Positions 22,321 through 37,718 of a stretch of DNA of 64,000 nt are shown piece by piece. Within the stretch, counting starts at the first letter, position 1. The number at the start of each line of letters is the position of its first letter. The position numbers and the translations under genes were made by a program. The DNA is from the human T2T-CHM13v2.0 reference genome, Homo sapiens, in assembly GCF_009914755.1 (NCBI RefSeq), contig NC_060940.1. One strand, 5' to 3'. The notes below the pieces were generated by a model, which worked only from the letters and a program-made list of their open reading frames with translations, did no database searches and was not told the origin of the DNA.

Positions 22321-25300
22321 CCCACTGTGATATTAGGAGTAATAACTACCTAAAATATTACAAGTAATGTCAAAGGGTGTACAGTCACTGTGATATTAGG
22401 AGTAATATCTTTCTTAGATACAACAAATAATATCACAGGGTGTACACCCACTGTGAAATCAGGAGTAATATCTCCTTAGGATATTACTAATATTTTCCTA
22501 ATATTCGTAATAATATTACGAATAATATCACAGGGTGTACACCCACTGTGCTATGAAGAGTAATATCTCCCTAGGATATTACAAATAATAACACAGGGTG
22601 TACAGCCATTGTGATATAAGGAGTAATATGTTTCTTAGATACTACAAATAATATCCCAGGCTGCACACCCACTGTGATATTACAAGTACTTTCTCCCTTA
22701 GATACTAGGAATAATATCACAGGCTGTACACCAACAGTGATATTAGGAGTAATATCTTTCTAAGATACTATGAATAATATCACAGGCTGTCTACCCACTG
22801 TGATATTAAGAATAATATCTTTCTAAGGTACTATGAATACTTTCACAGGGTGTATACCCACTGTAATATTAGGAGTAATATCTCCCTAACGTACTATGAA
22901 TATCACAGGGTGTACATGCACTGTGATACTAGGAGTAATATCTCCCTAAGATACTACAAATAATATCACAAGGTATACACCCACTGTGATATTAGAAGTA
23001 ATATCTCCCTAAGACACTATGAATAAATCACAGGGTGTACACCCACTTCGATATTAGGAGTAATATCCCCCCATGATACTATGAATAATATCAGGGTGTA
23101 CACCCACTATGACATGAGTAGTAATATCTCTCTAATCACAGGGTGTACACCCACTGTGATATTAGGTGTAATGTCTCCCTAACATATTACGAATAATATC
23201 ACTGGTGTACACACATGGTGTTCACCCACTGTGATATTAGGAGAAATACATCCCTAAGATATTATGAATAATATCACATGGTGTACACACATTGGTTCAC
23301 CCACTGTGATAGTAGGAGTATAATCTCCCTAAGACGTTATGAATAATATCACAGGGTGATAATGTACACTCACTGTGATATTAGGAGTAATATTTTCCTA
23401 AGATATTATGAATGGTATTACAGGGTGTACACACATGGCGTACACATACTGTGATATTAGTCATAATATATCTCTAAGATATCATGAATATTACAGGGTA
23501 AACATCCACTGTGATATTAGGAGTAATATCTCTCTAAGATAATACGAACAATATTACAAGGTGTACACCCACTGTAAAATTCAAAGTAATATGTGCCTAA
23601 GGTATCACAAATAATATCACTAGGTGTACACTCACAGTGATATTAAGTGTAATATCTCCCTCAGATATCAAGAATAATATCACAGGGATTAAACCCATCA
23701 TGGTATTAGCAGTAATATATCCTTAAGATATCACGAATCTTTTCAAAGGGTGTACACCCCCTGTGATATTAGGAGTAATATCTTCCTAAGATAGCACGAA
23801 TAATATGATGGGGTGTACACTCACAGTGATATTCATAGTATTATCTCCCTAAGATATCACAAGTAATGTAAAAGGGTGTACACTCACTATGATGTTAAAA
23901 GTAATATCCCTCTAAGATACCATGAATAATATCACAGGTTTACACCCAATGTAATATTAGGAGTAATGCCTTTCTAAGGTATAACAAATTATATCACAGA
24001 ATGTACACTCACTGTGATCGTAGAAATTATATATCCCTGAGATATCATGAATAATATCACAGGCTGTACATCTACTGTAATATTAGGAGTAATATCTGCC
24101 CAAGATATGATGAATAACATTTCCCTAGGATATTACAAATAATATCACAGAGGGTGTATACCCTGTGTGATATTACAAATAATATCACAGAGGGTGTATA
24201 CCCTGTGTGATATTACGATTAACATCTGCCTAAGATATCATGAATAATATCAAAGAATGTACACCCACCATGATACTAGGAGTAATAGCTCCCTAGGATA
24301 ATACAAATAATATTATCACAGGCTGTCCACATACTGTAATATTAGGAGTAATATCTCCCTAGGATATTATTAATAATATCACAGGGTGTTCACACATGGT
24401 GTACACCCACTGTGATATTAGGAGTAATACCTGCCTAGGATATTATGAATAATATCACAGGATGTACACCAACTGTGCTATTAGGAGTAATATCTTCCTA
24501 GTATATTATAAATAATATCGCTGGGTGTACACACGTGTTGTACACACACTGTGACATTGGGAGTAATATCACCCTAGGATGTTACCAGTAATATCACAGG
24601 GTGTAAACACATGGTGTACACCCACTGTGATATTAAAGGAAAGATCTCCCTGGGATATTAAAAATAATATCCCAGGGTGTACAACCACAGTGATATTAGG
24701 AGTAATATTTCCCTTGGATATTATGATCAGTATCACAGGGTGTACACCCACTGGGATATTAGGAGTAATATCTCATTAGGATATTATGAATAATATCACA
24801 CATTGTACACCCACTTTGATATTAGGAGTAATATCTTTCTAGGATATTATAAATAATATCACAAAGTGTACACCTACTGTCCTATTAGGAGTAATATCTC
24901 CCTAGGATATTACAAATAATATCACAGGGTGTACACACATGTTGTACACCCACTTTGATATTAAGAGTAATATCACCCTAGGATATTACAAATAATATCA
25001 CAGGGTGTACACAATGTGTGTACACCCACTGTAACATTAAAAGTAATATCTTCTGAGGATATTATGAATAATATTAAAGAGTGTACAAATATGGTGTACA
25101 TACACTGTGATATTAGGGGTAATATCTCCTTAGGATACTATGAAGAATATCACAGTGTGTACACTCATTGTGATATTAGAAGTAATATCTCCTGAGGATA
25201 TTATCGATAATATCACAGGCTTTGCACACATAGTGTACACTCACTATGATATTAGGAGTAATATCATCTCCCGACGATATTACAAGTAATATCACAGTGT

Positions 25301-26215
25301 GCACACACATGGTATACACCCACTGTGATATTTGGAGTAATATCTTTGGAGGATATTATGAGTTATATCGCAGAGTGTACACACATGGTGTACACCCATT
25401 GTGATATTAAAAGAAATATCTCCCAAGGATATTACAAATAATATCACAGAGTGTACACACACTGTGTACACTTACTTTTATATTTAGAGTAATATCTCCA
25501 CAGGATATCATGAATAATATCACAGAGCATACACACATGGTGTACACCCACTGTGATATTAAAAGTAATATCTCCTGAGGATATTATGAATAATATCACA
25601 GGGTATACACTCATGGTGATATTAGAAGTAATATATCACCATATATTATGAATACTATGAATAATATCACAGGGTGTACATCCACTGAGAAATTAGGAGT
25701 AATATCTCCCTAGGATATTACAAATATTATCACAGGGTGTGCACCCACTGTGATATTTGGAGTAATATCTTTGGAGGATATTATGAATTATATTGCAGAG
25801 TGTACATACATGGTGTACACACACTGTGCTAGTAGGAGTAATATCTCCCTAGGATATTACAAATAATATCACAGGGTGTACACACATGATGTACATTTAC
25901 TGTGATATTAGGAGTAATATCTCCCTAGGATTTTACTCCTAATATCACAGGACGTACACACATGGTGTACACCAACTGTGATATTAGCAGTAATATCTCT
26001 CTCAGATATTATGAATAATATCACGGTGAGTGTACACAGGATATTACGAATTTCCTCAGGATATTTCCTCAGGACATTACGAATAAAATCACAAGGTGTA
26101 CACACATAGTGTACAACCCCTGTGTTATTAGGAGAGTAATATCTCCCCAGAATATTACAAATAATATTTCTGGGTGTACATATGGTATGTACATCCACTG
26201 TGATATTAGGAGAAT
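22321..26215. repeat. Satellite block type B, copy 2
   Basis: Same unit as 8771-16900, with TAAGATAC/TAAGATAT variants at 22400-24250. Confidence 0.9.
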
Positions 26216-28109
26216 AGTATTTCCCTGCGATATGGGGAGTAACATCATGCTTTTCCTTGCTGGCTATGCTGGCTATTAGGGACTACATCGCAGACACCCC
26301 TTGCGAAATGGGGAGTAACATTATCCTTTTTTCACCTGGATACTATGGATAATATCGCTAAGGGTGTACATCCCCTACGATATGTAGAGTAATATCATCC
26401 ACTCACCCCCTGGATATTATGAACAATATCACGGGGGGGTGTTCACCTACTGCAATATGGGGAATAACATAATCTTCTCCCTTCCTGGATTTTACGAACA
26501 ATATCACAGGGGGGTGTACATCCCCTGCGATATCGGGAGTAATATTATCCTCTTTCTCCCTTGATATTATGAAAAATAACACAGGAAAGTGTACACCCTC
26601 TGCGGTATGGGGAGTAATATCATTCTCTTCACCTCTGGATATTATGAAATATATCACAGCAAGGTGTATACTTTCTGCGATATTGGGTGTAATATCATCC
26701 TCTCCCTCCCTGGATGTTATGAACAATAGCACAGGGGGGTGTATATCCCCTGCAGTATGGGGAGTAATATCATCCTCTTCACCCCTGGATATTATGAAAT
26801 ATGTCACAAGGGGGTGTATACATTCTGCAATACATTCTTCCACCCTGGATATTACGGACAATATTGCAGGGGACTGTACACCTACTGCGATATGGAGAGT
26901 AACATCATCCTCTTCCTTCCTGAATATTACGGACAATATTGCGAGGGGGGTACAACCCCTATGGTGTGAGTAGCAACTCTTATCACTCCCCGTAATATTA
27001 AGGGTTTTTCACATGGGTGAATATTCGTGTTGGCTAGATTTTATTGTACAGTTAATAATAGTATGTGTTAGTTGATTAAGAAATTTTGATACATGCTTAT
27101 ATGTATGTGGGCTAACTTTGATAACCCTGGATATTATGAACCATATCACATGAAAGTGTACACCCTGCGCTATGGTAAGAAATATCATCCCCTCCCCCTC
27201 TGGATATTAAAAACCATATCTCAAGACGTTGTACATCCCCGGCAATATGGGGAGTAATATTATCATCTCTCATCCTGGATACTACAAACATCACAAGAAG
27301 GTATACGCCCCCTGCTATATGGGCAGTAATATCACCCTCTCCCTCCCTGAATACTACGAACCATATCACAGGGGGTGTACATCCCGTGCGATATAAGGAG
27401 TAATATTACACTCTTTCCTCCTGGATATTACAAACCATATCATGGGGAATTGTACAAGCCCTCCATAGGGAAAGTAATATCACCCTATCCCCCTTAGGAT
27501 ATTACAAACCATATCACAGGGGGATTTACACCCCCATCGATATGGGGAGTAATATCACCCTCTCTTCCCCTGGATATTACGAACCATATCACACTCCCCG
27601 CGATATATGGAGTAATATCACCCCCCCTTCCCCCCTGTATATTACAAACCACATTGCAGTGGCGTCAACACGCCCCGCGATATGGGGAGTAATATCACCG
27701 CCCTCTCCCCCCTCAGATATTAGCAACCACATCGCAGAGGGGTGAACACTTTCTGCGAACTGGGGAGTAATATCACCCCCCTCTCCCTCCCTGGATATTT
27801 CAAACCATATCACACCCCCCACGATGTAGACAGTAATATCACCCTCCTCTCCCCACCCCTGGATGTTATGAAACATATCACACCCCCTGCGATATGGGGA
27901 GTAATATCATCCCCCCTCCCCCCTGGATATTACAAACCATATCGTGGGGCGATGATCACCCTCCTGCGATACGGGGAGTAATATCACTCCACTTCCCCCT
28001 CTGGATATTACGAACCATATTGTGGGTAGGTGAACACCTCCCCCGATATGAGGAGTAATATCACCCCCTCTTCCCTCCTGGATATTGCAAACCATATCGT
28101 GGAGTAATA
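26216..28109. repeat. Satellite block type C, copy 2 (contains a D-loop fragment at 26992-27120)
   Basis: Type C units collinear with 16901-18440. Confidence 0.9.
26992..27120 (-). pseudogene. Second copy of the NUMT D-loop terminus
   Basis: Direct repeat of 28117-28249 with ~5 substitutions and one 4-bp indel. Confidence 0.9.
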
Positions 28110-28414
28110 TTCCTATGTAATATTAAGGGTTTTCCGTATGGGTGAATATTCGTGTTGGATAGATTTTATTGTACAGTTAATAATAGTATATGTTCTATAG
28201 TTGATTAAGAAATTTTGATACATGCTTATATGTATGTGGGCTAACTTTGTATGTACTTTAATATATGAATGTACTATGTGCGATTAAGTATATATAGTAC
28301 AATATATTATTCTTGGGGACTAACAGTAATGCCCGAAGTACACAGAAGAACTAATGTATTAGTGCTAGTTTATTAATACTGACATGGTAGTTAAAATGTG
28401 TGCTGAGAAAAGTA
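28110..28414 (-). pseudogene. Mitochondrial control region fragment (HV1/ETAS side)
   Basis: Abuts trnP; TACAT/ATGTA TAS-like motifs; reverse complement CCCTTAATATTACATAGG resembles HV1 CCCTTAACAGTACATAGT. Confidence 0.75.
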
Positions 28415-28482
28415 CATGGAAGAGTTTAATTAGAATTTCAGTTTTGGGTGTTGACGGTGAAGTGGGAATGCTTTTTGCCTGA
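28415..28482 (+). pseudogene. mt-tRNA-Pro pseudogene
   Basis: AGTTTAATTAGAATTTCAGTTTTGGGTGTTGACGGTG, anticodon TGG; lies between the D-loop and trnT. Confidence 0.8.
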
Positions 28483-28484
28483 GT

Positions 28485-28551
28485 TGTCCTGGGAAGGGAA
28501 TCCTCCATTTCTGGTTTACAAGACCAGAGTATTGAATTATACTATAAGGGT
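28485..28551 (-). pseudogene. mt-tRNA-Thr pseudogene
   Basis: Reverse complement CTGGTCTTGTAAACCAG anticodon arm (TGT). Confidence 0.85.
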
Positions 28552-29688
28552 AGTTTAATTTAAATAGCTTATTTTCCTTCAGGGCAGTGAGTGACATAAG
28601 GGTGAGGAGAGTGGAGAAATACACAATGGATGCTGTTTGTCCAATAATAATGAACTGGTAGTGGATGGGCTGTCCTCTGATTCATGTAAGTGTGAGCAGG
28701 TCAGCTATTAAGATTCAGAATAGGCATTGACTTAATGGACAGAATATTATGCTTTATTGTTTAGACGTATGAAGTATGGGATAATTGCTGGAATGAGAAA
28801 GGAGGATATAAGAGCTAGTACACCTCCTGGTTTGTTAGGGATGGATCGTAGAATTGCATATGCAAACAAAAAATATCACTCTGGCTTAATGTGGGGGGGG
28901 ATATTTAGTGGGCTGGCCAAAGTGTAATTATCTGGGTCGCTTAGAAGGTCAGTTGAAAATAGTGTTAGAATTATTAGGAGGAGGAGGAGAAAAATTAAAC
29001 CTAGAATATCTTTGATCGTGCAGTAGGGGTGGAAAGTGATTTTGTCTGGGTCTGATGAGACTCCTGAAGGGTTGTTAGATCCTGTTTCATGTAAGAATAA
29101 ATGGTAAACAGTTGCTAGAGCTGTAATGATGAAAGGTAAGATGAAATGGAAGGTGAAAAATCGTGTAACGGTGGCTTTGTCAACTGAGAATCCACCTCAG
29201 ATTCATTGTAGAAGGAGTTCCAATATATGAAATGGCTGATATTAGGTTTGTAATTACTGTAGCACCTCAGAATAATATTTGGCCGCATGGAAGTACGTAG
29301 CTTAGAAATGCTGTTGCTATGGTGGTAAGTAGGAGGATAATACCAATATTTCAGGTTTCTAGAAATATAAATGACCCGTAGTATAAGCCTCGGCCAATGT
29401 GTAGGAAGAGGCAGATGAAGAATATTGAGGTGCTGTTAGCATGAAAATGCAGATTATTCGGCCATAATTTACATCTGGGCTGATGTGGGCAACTGAAGAG
29501 AAAGCAGTTGAGGTATCTGATGTATAGTGTATGGCTAGAAATAATCCCGTGATAATCTGGACAATTAGGCAGGCACCAAGAAGTGAGCCGAAGTTTCATC
29601 ATGTGGAAATGTTGGACGGTGTGGGGAAATCAATGACTGAATGGTTAATAATTTTTATTAGTGGGTGCGTTTTGTGTATTTTGGTCAT
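28552..29688 (-). pseudogene. MT-CYB pseudogene
   Basis: ATGACCAAA start at 29688; CYTB peptide fragments across several frames. Confidence 0.93.
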
Positions 29689-29692
29689 TAGT

Positions 29693-29761
29693 GTTCTTAT
29701 AGATGAAGTGCAATGATGGTTTTTCATACCATTGGTCATCATTATAGTCCATGTAGGAATA
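29693..29761 (+). pseudogene. mt-tRNA-Glu pseudogene
   Basis: GTTCTTATAGATGAA...GATGGTTTTTCATACCATT, anticodon TTC. Confidence 0.85.
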
Positions 29762-29940
29762 ATGGCATATGCTTTATTTTCATTAAGTATTCTTTTGGTT
29801 ATAGGGTTTGCAGGTTTTTCTTTGAAATCTTCTCCTATTTATGGGGGTTTAAGGTTGTTAGTGGTACTGTAGGTTGTCATATTGTGTTGAACTTTCGTGG
29901 GGCTTTCGTGGGGTTAATAGTGTTTTCAATTTATTTGGGT
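29762..29940 (+). pseudogene. MT-ND6 pseudogene, 5' third only
   Basis: ATGGCATATGCTTTA...TCTCCTATTTATGGGGGTTTA...ATTTATTTGGG, then an abrupt switch to ND5. Confidence 0.85.
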
Positions 29941-31420
<1,480 letters not shown>

Positions 31421-31619
31421 TACTTTTATTTGGAGTTGCACCGATGTTTTTGGTTCCTGAGACCAATGGATAACTCTTATCCTTTAAAAGTTGAGAACGC
31501 AATGTTGTGAGACACAGGGGCATGACTTAGCAGTTCATGCATACTTTCTCGGTAGATAAGAAGTTGCGGGCTTCTATTGTTAGATTCATAGTCTAATGTT
31601 TTGGTTAAACTATATTTAC
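31421..31619 (-). pseudogene. mt-tRNA Leu(CUN) 31421-31491, Ser(AGY) 31492-31550 and His 31551-31619 pseudogenes
   Basis: Canonical HSL cluster; anticodons altered (Leu TAG>CAG, His GTG>ATG). Confidence 0.88.
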
Positions 31620-32994
31620 AGCATGCAAATCCCACAATAATTTTAGAGTTTAAGGATAATAGGAAAATAGGTGCAACATGTGTAAGTATTAGTGTATTTT
31701 CTCATGTAAAGGAGGGTTTAATACTGTTAAGGTAATACGCAAGTGTTCCTCATTGTATCGTGGTTAGCATACACAGGGAGTAAAAGGGCTGTGATTAGCA
31801 TATTAAGTCCTATAAGCATAATGGTGGTGTTTGATCAGGAGAATGAAACCATAGTGATGAAGAGTTCTCCTACTAGATTAATAGTAGGGGGTAAGGCAAG
31901 GTTAGTAAGATTTGCTAGAAGTCATCAGGAGGCTATTAGTGGAAGCAATGTTTGAAGGCCTTGGAGAAGTAGTATAATTCGGCTATGGACTCGTTCATAG
32001 TTCCAATTTGCTAGGCAGAATAGTAAGGATGAAGTGAGTCCATGGGCATTTATGAGGGTGACTGCGCCTGTAAAGCTTCAAGAGGTTTGAATGAGGATAG
32101 CCACAATAACAAGTGCTGTATGGCTTACAGAGGAGTAAGCGATTAGTGATTTTAAATCGGTTTGTGGTAGACAAATTGAGTTTGTCATGACTATCCCTCA
32201 TAAGGATAATATGAGGAAAGGGTAGGCTATGTATTCTGTTAGGGAGCTGAGGATAAGGGTAAGCCCTATGATACTGTAGCCGCCTAGTTTTAGGAGTACC
32301 GCTGCAAGTACTACTGAGCCGGCAATAGGAGCTTCTGCGTGGGCTTTGGGAAGTCATAGGTGAAGCCCATATAGAGGTATTTTTACTATGAAAGCCAAGA
32401 TACATGCTAGTCATATAATGTTATTAGATCAGGCATTTAATAGTTCTTCGGTGGTAAACGTCATTATTAGCATACTTAGTGAACCTGAGACATTTTGAGT
32501 ATAGATAAGCGTGACAAGTAGGGGAAGGGATCCCACTAGTGTATAGAATAAGAAATATGAGCTTGCATTGAGGTGTTCTGTTTGGTTACCTCAGCAGGTG
32601 ATGATAATTAGGGTAGGAATAAGTGTGGTTTCAAAGAGGACATAAAATATAATTAGTTCAGTGGCTGTGAATGCTATAACTAAAAAATTTATAGGGAAAT
32701 TAATATAGAAATGAGTTTTTTTCATAGAAGTGATTCATTGGACAGGTGATATTGGCTTGCTAGAATTATAAGAGGTAGTAGTCAGGATGTTAAGATTAGA
32801 AGGGGCGACGTTAGCGGGTCAGGAAAGAAGGTTAATGAGAAGTTAGATGAATTATCGTTTAACTGGTTAAAAAATAGTAGAGTAATGAGGCCAATGAATA
32901 TGCTGTGAATAGTTATGTTAATTCAGATTATAGAATTTTTTGACAGTCATGTTATTGGTAACAGTATAATTGTTGGAATAATAACTTTTAGCAT
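31620..32994 (-). pseudogene. MT-ND4 pseudogene
   Basis: ATGCTAAAAG start at 32994 (MLKVIIPTIILLPIT); reverse complement CTTCCCAAAGCCCAC (LPKAH) at ~32340. Confidence 0.92.
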
Positions 32995-33281
32995 TAGAGT
33001 AAATTTAAATTTTGTACATAATCTAGGCCGTATGTGTTGGAGATTGAAACTAGTAAGGCAAGGCCCACAGCAGCTTTGCAGGCAGCAAATACTAGGAGGA
33101 TAATGGGCATTATGGATGCTAGAATAAAATGTATATTTAAAGTTACAAGAGTACTTATGATAAATATTGATAATATTATGCCTTCTAAGCATAATAACGA
33201 TGATATTAAGTGGGATCGATAGATTAATATTCCCAGCAGTGCTATGGTATATGCTAATATGTTAATATAAATAAAGGGCAT
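32988..33281 (-). pseudogene. MT-ND4L pseudogene
   Basis: ORF 32994..33281 [14 protein letters not shown]...[26 protein letters not shown]. Confidence 0.93.
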
Positions 33282-33348
33282 TTAGTAAATATGGTCTATC
33301 ATAATCTAATGAGTCAAAATCATTTATTTTAACTTAAACTATTTATCA
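33282..33348 (-). pseudogene. mt-tRNA-Arg pseudogene
   Basis: Reverse complement ATGATTTTGACTCAT; anticodon TCG decayed to TTG (CpG transition). Confidence 0.85.
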
Positions 33349-33695
33349 ATTCAACTCAATCTAATCCTTTTTGGGTTGATTCATAAATTAAGCCTAGGAT
33401 TAAAATGATAACTAATATAAGGGCTGTACTAATTATTAGTGTTAGCTTGTTTGTTTGAAGGGCTCAATGGCAGGGCTAGTAGTAGAGCGATGTCTAAGTC
33501 GAACAGGAGAAATGTGATGGCTACTAGGAAGAATTTTATGGAGAAGGGGAGGCGGGCAGAGGTTAGTGGATCAAATCCACATTCATAAGGGCTGGATTTT
33601 TCTATATAAATATTAAGTTGTGAGAGTCAAAATGTAACTATTATTAGTAATAGGGCCAGTAAAGTGTTGGTTGCTAGGGCTAGTGTCAGGTTATT
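33349..33695 (-). pseudogene. MT-ND3 pseudogene
   Basis: Reverse complement CCTTATGAATGTGGATTTGATCCA (PYECGFDP). Confidence 0.9.
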
Positions 33696-33757
33696 TACTC
33701 TTTTTCAGATCTTATCGAAACTAATTGATTGAAAGTCAATGCTTATACTAAAAGAGT
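33696..33757 (-). pseudogene. mt-tRNA-Gly pseudogene
   Basis: ACTCTTTTAGTATAA...AAAAAGAGTA; anticodon TCC>TTC and a small deletion. Confidence 0.82.
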
Positions 33758-34543
33758 AGGGCCCTCATCAGTAGATAGAGACATATAAGAATAATCAGAC
33801 TACATCCACGAAGTGTCAATATCCGGCGGCGGCTTTAAAGCCAAAGTGGTGGTTGGATGTAAAGTGATATTTTAATTGGCGGAGGAGGTAGATAGTGAGA
33901 AATGTTGATCCAATAATAACATGAAGTCCGTGGAAGCCTGTGGCTATAAAGAATGTTGAGTCATAAATTCCATCGGAGATAGTAAAAGGGGTCTTGAAAT
34001 AGTCTGAGATTTGTAGAAGAGTGAAGCAGATACCTAAGGTAATCGTGATGGATAATGCTTGAATTATTTGCCTTCGACTACTTTCTATCAGGCTGTGCTG
34101 AACTCAAGTAATGGAAACTTCTGATGCGAGTAACCCAGACGTATTGAGGAGAGGTACTTCTAAAGGGTTACGGGAAAGAATGCCTGTTGGAGGTCAGTGT
34201 CCCCCTAATTCTGGAGTTGGCGCTAAGCTCTAGAGTGGTAGAATGCCCAGAAGAAACCGGTAAAGAAAAACACCTCTGAGATAATAAACAGAAGCATTTC
34301 ATATCAGAGACCTTTTTGGACAATTGTCATATGGTGGCCTTGAAATGTACTTTCTCTGACAATATCACATCATCATTGATATATAGTTAGTGTGTTGGTT
34401 ACTAGGCTTAGGGTTAAAAGAATTATAGAATTAAAGTGAAATTGTATGGCCAGGCCAGATGTTATTAGGAGAGCCGAGAGAGCTCCTGTTAGCGGTCAGG
34501 GGCTGGGATTAACTATATGGTAGGCATGTGTTTGGTGGGTCAT
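33758..34543 (-). pseudogene. MT-CO3 pseudogene
   Basis: ATGACCCACCAA start at 34543; reverse complement GCCACAGGCTTCCACGGACTTCATGTT (ATGFHGLHV). Confidence 0.92.
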
Positions 34544-35222
34544 TACGTGTTATCATATAAATAAAGGCTTACTAATAGTGTGAAGACATAAGCCTGAATA
34601 AGAGCTATGACGAATTCGAGAATACTCAGTAGGATTAGAATAATGAGAGATATTGAAGCTGTGGGGATACTAATAGTTGACAGTACTAGTGTGGCATCTC
34701 CTATTAAGTGTATTAGTAGGTGACCAGCTGTAATGGTGGCTGTTAATCGCACAGCCAACGCTATAGGTTGAATAAATAGGCTAACAGTTTCAGTGAAGAC
34801 TAATATAGGGATAAGTGGCATAGGTGTGCCTTGTGGTAAAAAGTGAGCTAAGGATATTTTGGTTTTAAAGAGAAAGCCTGTGATTACTGTTCCTGCTCAT
34901 AAGGGGATTGCTATACCTAGATTTATTGATAGTTGTGTAGTTGGTGTAAATGAATGGGGAAGAAGTCTGAGGAGATTGGTTGAAGCAATAAAAAGAATTA
35001 GGGATATCAGCATAAGGGATCAGGTTTGTCCTTTAATGTTATGGGTGATTATTATTTGTTTTAGTACAAGTTGAACTAATCATTGTTGGATGGAAATCAG
35101 TCGATTACTGATTAGGTGATTTCAGGTAGGAAACAGCATGGTGGGAAATAAAATAATTAATCTACTACGAGTAGACCTAGGATTGTCGGGGTAGTAAAAA
35201 AGGTGAATAGATTTTCATTCAT
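34543..35222 (-). pseudogene. MT-ATP6 pseudogene (preceded by an ATP8 3' fragment up to ~35261)
   Basis: ATGAATGAAAATCTATTC start at 35222; ORF 34543..34821 [13 protein letters not shown]...[14 protein letters not shown]. Confidence 0.92.
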
Positions 35223-35261
35223 TTTAATTCTCAGGGGGTTTTATGCTTTTGCGTTTTGATA

Positions 35262-35410
35262 TTAATAGAATATCATCTCTATGATATTTATTTATAATAC
35301 CTCTAGTGTTAACACACAATGGTATTAATAAAATAACATCTCTATAATATTTATAATATCCCTAATGTTGTTAACCACTATGATATGAAGAATATCATCT
35401 ATGATATCTG
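35262..35410. repeat. Short type A satellite stub closing the NUMT
   Basis: CTCTAGTGTTAACACACAATGGTATTAATAAAATAAC...TATAATATTTATAATATC matches the 7070-8770 unit in the same orientation. Confidence 0.8.
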
Positions 35411-36378
<968 letters not shown>

Positions 36379-37121
36379 TAAGTACTTTTTACGTGCATAT
36401 ATTCTGTTCTAAGGGTCTCTGCAGGGAGCATACAGGGTTTTCCTTGGGCCCTGGCTCAGATGCCAACAGATCCCATTCAGGCTTGGCAGCTCCTGCCTGT
36501 TTGAGTTGGTTGGGATCCTGGTGCTCGGGTGTAGGGGAGCTCAGGAGTGAACACCAAGGCCAGAAAGGGGCTTCCCAAGATTCCCCCAAACTGATGCCAG
36601 TTACAGGGGCTGCTGTAGAGGGGAAGGCAGAGCCTTAGAAAAGGACAGCAAGAGGCCAAAAAACGTCCCTTGGTGATTTCCAGGGTGGACTGCTCTCTGC
36701 AGGCTGGAGGTGTCTGGGACCTTGCTCATCTGGGCTCCAGGTCAGCTGCTTGAGTGATTTGGGGAATTGAGTGAGGACAGACCCCATGAAAATCTGCCAT
36801 CCACTTGGGGTTCTTGCTTGATCTTCCTAAGCAAGGTGGGGCTCCTTGAAGGAAAGAATGAATCTCAAATTTCTGATATTTGACTTTGCATATATAATAT
36901 ATATGGACAAAATATGATCTCTGCTTCAGTGTGTGCATGTGTGTATAACCCGTGTGCATTTTTCCCTGCTGCAAAGAGAGATAAGAATCTATGTCAAGAG
37001 TCCAACAGTAAAGCAGAGTGCAGCCTGCAAGGTGTAATATTTTTGTTTGGAACATGACATTTTTAGTTCCTCCATGAAATCTTTTACTGATTCCAAACAA
37101 TGTCTTTAACATTGGCCAGGC

Positions 37122-37718
37122 GGCCGGGCGCGGTGGCTCACGCCTGTAATCCCAGCACTTTGGGAGGCCGAGGCGGGCAGATCATGAGGTCAGGAGATCG
37201 AGACCATCCTGGCTAACACAGTGAAACTCCGTCTCTACTAAAAAAATAGAAAAAATTAGCTGGGTGTAGTGGCTGGCACCTGTAGTCCCCGCTACTCAGG
37301 AGGCTGAGGCAGGAGAATGGCGTGAACCCGGGAGGCGGAGCTTGCAGTGAGCCGAGATCGTGCCCCTGCACTCCATCCTAGGCAAGAGAGCAAGACTCCA
37401 TCTCAAAAAAAAAAACATTGGCCAGGCATGGTGGCTCATACCTGTAATCCCAGCACTTTGGGAGGCTGAGGAGAGGAGGATCGCTTGAGCCCAGGAGTTC
37501 CAGACCAGCCTGGGCAACGTGGCGAGGCCCCATCTATTAAAAAAAAAATTAATTAGCCAGGCATGGTGGCGTGTGCCTGTAGTCCCAGATATTTGGGGAG
37601 TCTGAGGTGAGAGGATCACTTGAGCCCAGGCGGTTGAGGCTCTGATGAGCCATGATCACACCACTGCACTCCAGCCTGGATGACAGAGCAAGACCCTGTC
37701 TCAAAAAAAAAAAAAAAG
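37122..37718 (+). mobile_element. AluY (37122-37413) inserted at the 5' end of an AluJ-like element (37420-37718)
   Basis: TSD AACATTGGCCAGGC at 37108-37121 and 37414-37427. Confidence 0.9.
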
